From Phoronis australis (lineage: Eukaryota; Animalia; Phoronida), in the NCBI GenBank assembly GCA_002633005.1, contig NMRA01000320.1, forward strand, positions 358,405 through 422,404: a stretch of DNA of 64,000 bases, written 5' to 3'. Below the pieces are notes generated by a model. That model was not told the DNA's origin, did no database searches, and was given only the letters and a program-made list of their open reading frames with translations. Positions within the stretch are counted from its first letter, which is position 1. Each line of letters begins with the position of its first letter. Position numbers and translations under genes: made by a program. Below are positions 37,911-50,260 of this stretch, one piece after another.

Positions 37911-40900
37911 GAAAACCATATCAAAACTCTCTCATTCAGCTTCCCAACTGTCTCTCTTACAAATGTGTTATTCTTAAACTTTATGACAAAAAGAGTTTTC
38001 TGTTATTAAATAACGTAGAAAATATATCTGAAACTAAATAAGGCGATCCAGATCCTCCCAAGGATACTATTGTTTCATGAAATGAAGAATATAAATCGGT
38101 AAATAAAACAACAAGAATGGATCAACTGAAATTTGAAATTTTCGGATGTAATAACTTCCTTTGTCAACAAAAACAGACATTTCTGTTTTTGTTTTCAAAT
38201 TTCAAATTTCAGTTGATCCATTCTTGTTGTTTTATTTACCGATTTATATTCTGTTTTTAAACAAATGTTAAAAACATTTTGCTGTCACTAGCCAAACAGT
38301 ACATTTACAAGGAGAGATGTCACAAAAATATACCTAATATTTACAAGTATGTTACATATATATTTTGTGTAGCAGTGGTTAACTTTATACGAGAACGGTC
38401 TCTCCTGAGGTGTGCATGCTTGAATCAATAGATACACTTGTTTTTTTTTGTTTTTTTACTTGTTTATCAATGATATACTGAATTGATCGAACACACGACA
38501 CTTTTCATTGTTGACGGTCTTTATTCCATTTCGTTCATATCTTCGGAATGAATGATAATAAATATCTGGAAAAAATTGCATGCGTAACGTTCACCCGTTG
38601 GCCAACGATAATCAAGGGTAAGACATGTTAGTGGTTTCCTGTAGCGTGGCTGATTTCATGTTTTAATGACATTGATTATAGTGTACAAGAATTGGTGTAC
38701 TTAAAATATGATGACTGCTGGAAGAGGTTCTAAAATTTAACGAGATTTGGTGAAATTCCCCCATGTTTGTGCAACACATGGCAGTGAAAACTAATTAAGT
38801 TCAATTCCGGGACATGTATTTTGCTACCCAGCAGTCAATGATCTTAGATTCAAATTTTGTGCTTTTGATGGCCGGTGCAGTAAAAGTTTTAGTGAAAACC
38901 CAGTAGCCCAAGTATCATCGTCAGTTATTGCGTAAGACGTGTTTTTTTTTTTTTTTTTATTTGTTTTATTTTGCTAGCCGCTGCAGCTAAAAACACCGCG
39001 CACACAGGCAACACATGAGCAACTCATCAGTTTCTTCCTCATTTCCATCTTCAGCCGCAACGAACAGCCGAAAATTCAGGAACTTTTTATTTTGCGGGAA
39101 GTTAATACCAGTGGCCATATCCTAGTTGCTTTTTCAGCGGTTGTGAGAGATNATGCAGCTTTATTTTGACTGCGAACATCAAAATGAAGGTGTAAGAGTG
39201 ACTGCACGGATATATGGAGAACTCAAACTATCTTTTAAATACTAATTCGGTACTTAAGGAATTTGGTATGGGCGTCGCTATCAACATGGTTCTTCTTCAG
39301 GGACAAAATTCCTTTCCGTCGCTCCACTGGTCTATGGGCGATTCGCCAGAGGGGGGCTGGGAGGCTATAGCCCCGCACATTTTTCAGTGCAGCGCCGCCC
39401 ATGCACCTTTCCAGCTTCACTAGGGGGTAAATGATAATCTCTCACAAGCCGGCCGCGCGTTGCCATGACCATCCGATGTTGTTCTCTCTTCCGCTCAGTT
39501 ATTTTCTCATCAAGTATTGTGTTGTATTTTTCCGAACTTTTTTTCTTAAAAACCACATTTATTTGTCTGACAAGAAACGACTAGAGATGTGGGGCACATG
39601 CACGTGAGATGAACCTCAAAAAATAACTAGCCTACATGTATATTTTTAAACAGGCTCTGTAGTACGTTCTTGTGGACGAAAAAAGATTTCTGAATTGTTC
39701 AACAAATGTTTTAACAAAATAATGAACAGCGTGGCTAAAACAGCACGACGCCAAAATTTCACGACATCGTATAACGAAGGTTACATCATCAGACAGTAGC
39801 AGTGGCGGATTTAGAGGGGAACCAAGGGGGCCATAGCCCCCCAAAGTTATCCCCACATTCCCGGATTTGGCACTTCGGGGTGTGAACGTCTGAAAGGCAA
39901 AATCCTGGCTAATACTCTGCCCTGGCTCCCCCTAACTCAAAATCTTGTATCCGCTCTTGAGTAGACGCCTTCAGTTGTACGTGAAATGGCCTGCCGCACT
40001 TAGAATAGGCTTCAACAATTATACTGATGATCACGTAGTTGTCTTACTTTGCGTGAATACATTGCGGTTAAACACAAACGGAAGAAGTATGGTTGGCAAA
40101 ATGGAATACGTGCGTAAATTATTTCTATCCAGCAGTCAATCATCTTAGATTCAAATTTTGTGCTTTTGAAGGCCGGTGCAGTAAAAGTTTTAGTGAAAAC
40201 CCAGTAGCCCAAGTCTCATCGTCAGTTACCGCGTAAGACGTGGTTTTTTCATTTGTTTTGTTTTGCTAGCCGCTGCAGCTAAAAACACCGCGCACACAGG
40301 CAACACATGAGCAACTCATCAGTTTCTTCCTCATTTCCATCTTCAGCCGCAACGAACAGCCGAAAATTCAGGAACTTTTTATTTTGCGGGAAGTTAATGC
40401 CAGTGGCCATATCCTAGTTGCTTTTTCAGCGGTTGTGAGAGATTAAACGGGCAACTGAAACAATACGCCTTACGCTGGATCACACGCAACGCAAGTATTA
40501 CCTTAGGTATTTGGATACGTGCACGATAACAACATACAACCCAAGCGGAGTATTAATACTCGAGTTTATTGTTTACCGCACGGTGGATAGCGCAGCTGCT
40601 AGTGGCATATGGAGAGTGCCGGCAGCAGTACTAGTGTAAAATACACAAATTGGTTTGTTGACTGAACATTTTTGTTTCATTTTTCTGCCTAAACTGCGTC
40701 AAATTTTCTCTTTCCAAGGTTCGATTTCTTTATAATCAACGCCTCTTTTCTTGAAACGTTTTATAGTTATGATACCTTAAGCAAACGTGACAAGATTGGA
40801 ACGGGAGGTTTGTGAATGTTATATCCGGACGGAATGTTCAAAATTCTTTCGTGCCTTTCTCCCAGCGAAACTTGTCAGCGATGTTGTCAAATTTGATGGA

Positions 40901-41653
40901 ATTTGGTTATAGAATAACAAGACTTGTCGGTCATTCTGGATCCCTGGCAAGTTATACTTTATTTTTCGCTAACGGTAAATGTATGTTCTTTTTCAGACTG
41001 ATCGGTTCATTAGGTCACGTGATGTGGCCAACAGGTGACGTGCAGACCAGATTTAGAAATGTTTGTGACGTCTTTTGCTACTTAACACAACATCATTCTA
41101 AAATACTGCCACTCAACTGAGGTAGAAAAATATAACAATTGTTGCGCGTCGCATAAAATACCGTTTCATCCGTGTACTGATAATAAGCGCGTGCATTTAT
41201 GATAATTATGGCAAAAATCAAATTATAGAGACATTGTACTTTATACCTAATTTACCTTTTCAGATTTTTATTTCCTAAAGTTCAATTACTTGCTAACTCT
41301 ATAAAAGAATGACAAATTTTATATGGTGTAATTTGAACTGACAAAAAGGAAGCCCATGGGCGCCTTCACTTGCACGTGTCCTCCTTTTATTTGTTGGGGA
41401 CTGACGGCGCGGCGACGGCGCCCCTCTGTTGACAACCGGGGACAATTGTACCACCACGCCACTGGTTTAGCTGAAATGTACAAGATATCTAGTGAAAAGT
41501 CAGATCAGCACTATTTACATTACATTATTCACTTCGAACATTTTTCTTAAATCACTATAGCAACCCAGCGTATGAGGAGTAACATAGAATCAGTAGCTTA
41601 ATAGTCTGGTATCACTCGTTGTTCAGTTCGCGGTAACCAACTCCACTCTCTTT

Positions 41654-42265
41654 CTAGAATCCTTTTTCAGTCGTAGAATTGCGGGTATTCTCGGCATAAC
41701 GGGCACCATCTCCCGGCAGCACAGGATTCTGGCTCACAAAATACGTGGGTGGAGCGACGGGAGCATGGACATACATCGACTGGTATTGGTTTGGCAAGGT
41801 GCTTCCGTAAACAGGGAGTCGATCGGGTGAGGGTGGACCGCAACAAACAGCCTTGCAGCAGAATGTTGAACACAAGATAGCGATGACAAAGTCCACGAGG
41901 ATGACCACTGCTAGAAAAGAATGTAGGGCTAAACTGACTGAACTATATTCGCTTGAAGTGAGCATTATGCAGATAATTATCTCCATTGCGCATCCACCAA
42001 ACGCCACCACAGCAGAGACAATGCAAAGAACCATCAGGGCGATGATGTTGCAATTGTTTTTGAACTTCCACGAGGTAAAGCCGAGGATGCTCGTCACGAT
42101 GAACATAACGCCGCACCAGATACCAACTGCGTAGTAGCCGAACAAGTGTAGGGTAACTATCTGACAAACGCCAGTCACGACATTAATGGAACCACACACC
42201 AGTTGAACGATGGTGAAGCCAAGTATAACTTTATGGTTGAAGCCATCTCTTGAATTGTCAGCCAT
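41654..42265 (-). CDS. MS4A/CD20-like four-pass membrane protein A (203 aa, single coding exon)
   Basis: Acceptor tttatttcag| 4 nt before the ATG (MADNSRDGF). Four hydrophobic helices, GIWCG motif in TM2, CCKAVCC after TM4, and a Pro/Tyr-rich tail with PPTY. Confidence 0.8.
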   Translation of the reverse strand: MADNSRDGFNHKVILGFTIVQLVCGSINVVTGVCQIVTLHLFGYYAVGIWCGVMFIVTSILGFTSWKFKNNCNIIALMVLCIVSAVVAFGGCAMEIIICIMLTSSEYSSVSLALHSFLAVVILVDFVIAILCSTFCCKAVCCGPPSPDRLPVYGSTLPNQYQSMYVHAPVAPPTYFVSQNPVLPGDGARYAENTRNSTTEKGF

Positions 42266-45200
42266 CAGTCTGAAATAAAAGAAGGGCGACGATAGCAATA
42301 GCAGAAAAAACGTGAGAATTAAAATTTGAGGTGATATATATTTATTCAAGAATACATAGAAAAAATTACAAACCCATAAATCGCGAGGCATTATATCTGT
42401 GTTGTAGACAGTATATAGATGAAAGTAGTATACATAGAACTATATACACGTAAGTAATATAAAATAATAAGTATTCAAATGTTTAGATGTGCTATTACGA
42501 ACATATCTAAACAAAAATGTAGAGATATGGAAATCAGAAGCAACATTTACAAACAATGCATAAAAATTTACTAGCACTACTTTAGAGAAGATTCACTGGA
42601 AAAAAGGTCGAAGCTTAGACTACCACTGTAACCTTAGTGGAGATATTATTACAAGAACAGAGAGCATTTACAAAAATTAAAATTCCTCGCAATTTTTCGT
42701 CACCACTAGTAGACTTCGCCACTTGCCCCACCCTTCAACCGCCCCTTCCCTCTCGTGCAAATTCGACAAATAAGCTTTTCTGGTTACTTTAATCAGTTTC
42801 GGCGTGCTGTTCTCTCATCCCCGTGCACGAACGACCTGCTTCCTACACCTGCGATTGTGAAACATTCGGTAAAAACGAAGTAAAATGGACGACTGAGAAC
42901 CCTGAGGGGACAATGAAAGAGTTTAAAAGACGATGACACAATGTTGTTCACTCTACAACAGTCAAATGCTTCGCTTTGTTCATTAAGTATTATGAGAAAG
43001 CGCAAACACAACCAAATAACTGATTTAGTTTTCAAATGACACTAACACATCAAATTGTCACTGAAATGACATTCAAGTCGTAACGTGTCGTGAGTCCCAG
43101 TGCGACAATAAGAGACTGCCTCTTTGGAAAATGGATTCATTACGCTAACGTAAAATATATTAACCATGTTTTGACATATACTAATTTAAAACACAAAAAA
43201 CGTTAATTTCAGTGAGATGCCATTTTATAAAATGTTGGGCTCGTAAATTAAATTCAAAATGTACCATAGCTTTCTCCGTTTGAGTCTCTGCATACCAACT
43301 GATATCTACGTTGCCGAAATTGTGCTTATACTACCAGTTTTGGGCTCTGTTTCATGAAAATTGACTTAAAGAGACATGGAACGCGATCAAAAATGACTTT
43401 TAAACAATTCTTGACAAAATTACCATCTCGCAACCTCTGGCACAGAGTAAGTCATTTCCCGTGTGAGGAAATTTCCAGAAAAAAATCCCAAAATTCAAGA
43501 TTTTTTAAATGCACGAAGGAAAAATTCTGTGGTTACCACATAGCTTCTAGTCTCGCTCCCACTGATAATAAATGCACGCATGTGCTCGTAGTCAGTTACT
43601 TGAAGTCTTTTGAGGTCAAAGGTTACATTTTCCATATAAGGGAAATGCGCCTAGTCTATGTCTTGCCATACCAAATAAGGAGACGTTCATTGTCTCGTGG
43701 GAAAAACTCGACTAAGTGGCGAGCAGTTAATAGATCATTTTTTGGAATTTGAAACTAAAAAAGGACTCCGATGTCAACAGAAATTGAAAGACTTTACGAA
43801 CAAACCCTAAAAATACCTGGTGAGCGGGTTGAGTTCTGTTTCAGTGGTAGAGAACCACTTTCAATAATGCAATTTAGTCTGTTTAACGACATTTCTATTA
43901 AAATTACTATAGACCTAACTTACAGCTACTTATCACTCAACACTTACAGTGATGAAATCTGTCTAAAGTTGTCCCTTTTTGTTTATTTTTTTTGGATGAA
44001 ACATTTATTAATTCAACCAACCAGTGCATAGTTGTGCAGCAATACGAAATCTAGTCAAGTACATCAAACAAACTACGAACCTTATCGGACCCTACAATAG
44101 CTAGTAACGCAAAAAAGAAGACCACCTTGCCTGGAATCTCTCAAGCTCCAATTTATCATTGTAAATGATTTTTGTTGTTCCTTTGTTAAACTGAAAATGA
44201 TTTCAGGACACGGATAGAACAGCGGGTCGATTCTCGAAGTCACTTCTCTTATGAGCTAAAAATCAGTCTACTAATACGACTTTAGCCTGTTTCACAAAAT
44301 CAGGCTAAGGATCATTAAAAGTTAAACAATCTGTCTACATTAACTGTGTGAATCATAAATTGGTCACTTCTTGTCTGAAACTGCCAATTTCATAGAAAAA
44401 ATCGCCTCCTGGTTGGAATGCAGGCTCACATACGCTTTAAATTAAAACTAAGCGGTTTTTCTCAAACAAAATGAAGTTTCTGTTTCATCCCACAACAATA
44501 AACGTCCATCGACTCGAGTCTGATGGCCACGTGCGAGCTGGTGAGCTGTCACGAAATCAAGGAAGTCTCAGGACCCGAGTCCGTTTGGACCGAATTACCT
44601 GGTTCAGGAAAAAGCACCGACTAGGGAAGAATTGAACTCTGGTTATATCACAAAAGAACAACGGTTCGTAAGTAATCGAAACGAGCAAATGACGCTTTTA
44701 ATATGTGCGGACGGTGCGGAAGCAAAATTGTCTACCCAGCAACTTGTACCAAAGTTATGGTCGCGTCATTGCAGGGCTGCATTGCACTTGCCAGCCACGC
44801 ATGACGGCGACATCCGGTTGCTCCCAACTTGTTCGATTGTATAGCCCAACAACAAGTTGGGAAGTTTACCCCCCGTAGCCAATTAACTCCATTCTGGCAT
44901 TGATGGTTGGAGGGCCTGCGCTTTTTTTGATAATTGCTCTAATCTCCGATCAGATTGTATCTAGCCTGACTGGGGTGGGCTGATAAAAATGTAAGTTAAG
45001 TTAAGCCAGATATTATCACACGTTCAGCACCCCTCACGTCTGGAAAAGTTTCTGAACGACAGGACGCTGTAATGCCGAGAAGAGAGAGCACAGACGGTGA
45101 CCTGTCTGGTATTGTTCATGATATTCTCATCATACCAATAGACAAGCCGTCAGTATACCATAGATTAAAAACGCATCTAGAGATTCTTAATCTATCTCTC

Positions 45201-45985
45201 TGCTTATAGCGAGAAACCAATACCTTTCTTGTTTTCTAACATTCTATTCATCAATAAAGGCAATACCACTTATTATTCTTTGATACCTAGTAGCTGCCAG
45301 TGGGAAAACACAAAGACGAAGGTAATACCACTCACACTTCTACTACACCAATCGCAGCATTCGGGTCACCTTAGATGACGTCACGAGTTTGACATATTTA
45401 GTGCACGAGCTCATCGGAAGAGATGATTTAAGCGACGGCATGCGAAGAAAACACAATGACAAAAATACAGCCAAGTTCCTGACTTTATGCCATACGCGTT
45501 GAATCTGTCAAGGGCAATACGGCCCTGTAATAATGTTTTCCGTATTCACCTCCCGCACTACTTTAACAGTGACCTCTTACGTGAAAAGTTCAAAACGTAG
45601 GTCAATGTCGACTCGACGTCGTTAGCCGGTTCAATCATCAAACTTTTCCAATATAGTTTGAAGTAATACAGTTGCAGCAGTATAGATAACACTCGATATG
45701 CAATTAGGTTCCAGACGTAACATCTGGTAAAAACTGTTAATTATATAACAGTTCTGCTATCTCAGTTATCAATTGCTAAATATTATATCGTCTGCAACTC
45801 TGGCGCCGATAACTCGGTATCTGCAATATCAAATTTTGTTATTTTACTATTTTCAGGAGATGTTACAAGTTCAGTGCAAGTACGTACATATAGGATGCGA
45901 TCCGCCACGTGAACAGGTTGGTGAAGTAATTAAAAATCTGCGAAAAAAATGAAAGAAACTTAGGAATTCGAAGCGTACGGGATAA

Positions 45986-46138
45986 ATACAAAACGTACCC
46001 CGATTAGCGTACATGAAGTAATATTCCAGTCGACATTATTCCGCGTATCGACCCCGACCTTCGGTCTCGGTCCGTACGCGGAATAATGTCTCGTGGGATA
46101 TTACTTCATGTACACCACTCTCCGTACGTTTTGTGTAT
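45986..46138. repeat. ~150-bp foldback (palindromic MITE-like hairpin)
   Basis: aaaacgtac..gtacatgaagtaatat..gacattattccgcgta / tacgcggaataatgtc..atattacttcatgtac..gtacgtttt. Confidence 0.8.
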
Positions 46139-46225
46139 GTATTCACAGACTTCTTTATTTTGAAAGTCACATGAGTTGACTAGCCTGATAGGTGACGTTT
46201 GGAAAAAGGCTGTTCTTTTGTCGTC

Positions 46226-46726
46226 ATTATTATTTCCATTAAGTAAACTTATTACTACAAACTAACATCAGGGCAGTATGCACGGAAAGTGAGCTTATAA
46301 AAATGTTGTCGTTACTGAGCGAACATCAACATGGAAGTAAGTAAAAGCAAGACTTCGACGACCGTGATGCAGGGACAAATAACTTTTGCCTTTGTTGGGA
46401 AGCTAAGTCCGCTCCGTTGCTAAGTTACTCGACCTTATGACCAATCATGAGCCAAAAACAGATCGAAGCAGTATAGTCTATACGTGCAAGTCTAAAGAAC
46501 ACGGATTGGGAGCGTTCCAGTCTCGCGCCACCGTACTCACGAATCTTTATTACTAATTAGGCACAGAGTAATCTTGTTTCAGTTTTTACGTTGTGGATGG
46601 ATGTTCATGAATAGAATTGTGGAAAATATGACATTTTTGTGGAGGTAATGCAATTTGCAATCAAAAGGTATTAAATCACCGAAAAGGATTATAATACCTT
46701 TTTGGTCGACATCATTTAATCTCGCT
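46226..46726 (+). repeat. ~500-bp dispersed repeat, direct copy at 58579-59090
   Basis: Collinear blocks such as gtgagcttataaaa.tgt.gtcgttactgagcgaacatcaacatggaagtaa and aagtccgctccgttg.taagttactc.accttatgaccaatca. Confidence 0.85.
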
Positions 46727-48149
46727 ACAGAGTTTGGTACATGTGCTGTGTTTACTCATACAAGGTACAAGTGGGTTACTCAGGTATTCAATAACTTGGA
46801 TTAACCAACTGTCATTCGGCTCGAAAATTTCGTAATGAAATATTTAAATATATAGTTGGTGCGATAAAGCTGTAATCATTGAATTTTACTTTTCTTCAAG
46901 CCAAGTTGGTGGGTCTTTAAAATCGAACGCATCTTCTTGGATGGTACCGAGCCAGTGCTCTAGTGGTTGGCGCCGTGTTAGACTTAAAGGCCTATGGTTC
47001 CAGTTTAAGATAAAACAACAAGATCAAGCCGTTTTAGCCGATTTTTGCCGATTGTTTTTGGCATGACATAAAGTTCAAAAAGTTATTAACTTTGAACGCG
47101 TGCAAAAACTTGCCAAAAAGTGCTTTTTTAAGATACTAGGAGCGAATGAAAAGTTTACAGTGAATAAAATCGAATACCTCGAGACTCACTCTTTCGTGCA
47201 CTCAATGAAAACCAATCAATTGTTAATGTTCTCAATTCTTGTAATAATATCCCTACTAAAGTTACATTATTATTGAATGGTAGTCCTAACTTTGACGTCG
47301 TTCTCAATGAATTCCTCCAATGCAACGTTAGCAAATTTTTATGTACCGTTTATCAATATTGCTGCTTCTGATTTCCATACATGAATATGTACATGTTTTT
47401 GTTTTTATATATTTGCAATAACCTATCTAAATATTGGGATACTTATATTAGATACTACTTAAATGTGAATACCTCTATGTATATTAGTTTCATTTATGAA
47501 TTGTTTACAACCCAGATATAATGCTTCGCGATTTCTGGGTTTGTCATCATTTCTTTGTATGTCTTGTCTATTCTTCAATAAATATATATCACTTTAAAAA
47601 AAAACGAATAAAAAGGGTAGTCGTTAAAACACAAAAGATATTAAAACAACAGAGGTCAATAGAAATACAACTTGCGGAGTCTGGTAGTGTACGACCGACG
47701 GCGAAACACGGTCGTCCTGCTCTGAGAGATTCGGAAAAAAGACGAGTTGGTCGGTACAAAAAGTGGCATTACCAACAATCAGTGTACTTAAGTGACTCAT
47801 TTGAAAGGTGGGGACAAGATTGGATATTCGAACTCATGAAGATTGTGCAAGGCTTTCGATGGACAAGTAAGTGTGTTGTTTGTAAAATGTCCAGTGACTC
47901 GTATACACGCTTAAAGAGCATTCAGTATTCAAAGTAGGCATATATTAGACATAATCATTTTGAAAAGTGACAGTTCGATCATCTGTTTAGTTTTTGTCCC
48001 GCAATTTGTTGCCACATGGTTACTCCCTCTAACTGATTCAAGTAATTTACACGAGTGCTAGATTAATTTCAACAGCCGAAAACGTAGCAATTGTTGTAAA
48101 GAATTGTCCTAAGGGTTGTGGGACGTGTTATAGACCAAATGTTCAAATT

Positions 48150-49020
48150 TAACCTATGAAAAACTCTGCTCAAGCTCAAATATATCATGCACAAAGGGCA
48201 ATGCCATAAACCATTCAGTCACACTGTTCGTCATATCCACCTTCGAATCATTAAATACATTCAGCCTTCTAAACTCATCTACATCTAGTGACCACAGTCC
48301 TGATCATCCCATTGCAGCCTCCTCTCCCAAACGAAGATCCAAATATAGAATCCAAGTCTTTCAAATCATTCGTCGTTCACTGTCGTTCAATCATCAATAA
48401 ATCATACCAATTGAGTGTACTCATTGAGTCCTCAAACCCTGACCTTATCCTGGGCACAGAATCCTGGTTAAAAACTGAAATCAAATCTTGCGAAATCTTC
48501 CCTGAACACTCTTACGGCCGTGTCAGCCAAAGTCACAACAGTAACAAAACAACAGTAACAACAGTAACAACAGAAAGTAACAACACTTCGCTTTTCATCG
48601 CAGAGATAGAGTTGCAAAACCTGGTGGTGGTGTTTTTATTGCCTTTAAGAACGAATACGTAAGTTCACTTGAACCCTCTCTACTCACTGATTGTGAGATA
48701 ATGTATAGTTCACATGTACGTTGCTGCATGCTACCGTCTCCCCACCCCCTAGATGACAGTGGTGAATCCACTGAACATCTCAGCTCTTCCATTAATAGAA
48801 TTACAAATAAAAATGCCTGTGTTTACAATGATGGTGAATTTAACTGCCATATTGACTGGAACACCTACTCAATCCCTCCAAAGCCGCCTAATAGCAACCT
48901 CTGTGACAAACTTCTTGACAACATCTCTGAACAAACTGCAACAAAACCTTCCCGTGAAAACAATATACTAGATCTTCTCACAAATAATCCCAGCAGCGTC
49001 GTCAATATAACGGTAAGAAA
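48150..49020 (+). mobile_element. Decayed LINE (CR1/L2-like) APE endonuclease fragment
   Basis: Motifs CRSI.NK, PDLILGTESWL, RRDR..GGGVF, GEFN..IDW and P.RENNILDL..TN across frameshifted ORFs. Confidence 0.8.
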
Positions 49021-49265
49021 TATGAAACTGATTTTATGAAAGTAAAGTGCCTTATTCAATTTTTGTTTTTTAGGTAGCTAAACATGGCGAAATTCAGCTT
49101 TAAACATCCTGTCACACTATTTTCGCTTAATACCATTGTCCCGTTGTTCTATTTCCAGATAAATCAACTTTCGTATTATTGGTTTTAACACAGACCCTGA
49201 AGCAATAGTTAATTACATGGGTCCCGGGTGAAGAAAACTAGTTTTATGTCCGTTAATAAGTGCAG

Positions 49266-49540
49266 AAAACTGGTTCTCAAGATGTGGGACTTCTGTAAGT
49301 CTATTACCAGCCCTAATGTAAAACTGGTTCTCAAGATGTGGGACTTCTGTAAGTCTATTACCAGCCCTAATGTAAAACTGGTTATCAAGATGTGGGACTT
49401 CTGTAAGTCTATTACCAGCCCTAATGTAAAACTGGTTCTCAAGATGTGGGACTTCTGTAAGTCTATTACCAGCCCTAATGTAAAACTGGTTCTCAAGATG
49501 TGGGACCTCTGTAAATGTCTATTACTGACCCTAATGTAAA
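49266..49540. repeat. 54-bp minisatellite (5 copies)
   Basis: Unit aaaactggttctcaagatgtgggacttctgtaagtctattaccagccctaatgt. Confidence 0.93.
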
Positions 49541-50093
49541 GCAAGTTCCCAAGTGCATAAGAATGTGTCAAACCTCACCTAAATCTTTAAAAGTTCTCGT
49601 TCCACTGAAGCCGTTTACAGAAGGTGGACGTCCCGTCACGTCTTTCCCTTTTTCAACGCACTACACATTGGAACACTGGTTTCGTAAATGTCTTTTATTA
49701 CCTGCTTGTATTTTCTTTTTCCCAGTCCCATCAGTAAAAATATCAAAAATTATTAAAATAAATGAAAATACTGGCTTGATACGAATTGAACCGTATTTAT
49801 ATTAGGCTGAGGTACAGTGATATCGTTCTCATTTATTGAATTTCTGTTCCCTGTAAAAATCCTTATCTCAATGAACTTCCAACTCACGTTATCTTTACGA
49901 CCTAAACGATTTAAAACAAACGCCGTGATAAATAGCAAGGTCCAAACTAGCTGCAAGATCCTGATTGTTGCTAGTTACTTCCTGCTTAAAGCGACATTGT
50001 GCACGAGAGAAGTGTTTAAATGTTGTGTCAGCCATAATGCGGACAGATTCCAACTTGAAACCACCGCGGCTGGAATCAAACGCTCAGCTCCAG

Positions 50094-50260
50094 AGTTAGG
50101 ATTTGAGTTAGGGCTAGGGTTATGCCTATAAGGTTAGGGTTATGGTTTGGGTTAGGGTTAGGTTTAGGCCTAGGGCTAGGTTTAGGTTAGGTAGAGGTTT
50201 ACGGATAGGGTTTCGTCAAAGGATAGCGTTAAGCCAAGGTTGGGTTTGAGGTTGAGGGCA
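50094..50260 (+). repeat. Degenerate (TTAGGG)n interstitial telomere-like tract
   Basis: gagttagggctagggtta...ggttagggttatggtttgggttagggttaggtttaggcctagggctagg. Confidence 0.75.

Larger units (their letters stand above)
36446..40443. repeat. Near-identical tandem duplication A-(1.4 kb insert)-B-N-A'-B'
   Basis: 36446-37430 matches 39153-40126 and 38828-39151 matches 40129-40443; a single N lies at the junction (39152). Confidence 0.9.

Noticed and set aside
43366-43980. Kolobok-like element starting ttaaagagaca
   Set aside because: The matching right TIR and TTAA could not be identified convincingly.
49209-49571. ORFs with 18-aa repeats on both strands; CRISPR-like appearance
   Set aside because: Translation of a 54-bp minisatellite with identical units and no unique spacers; eukaryotic context with no cas genes.
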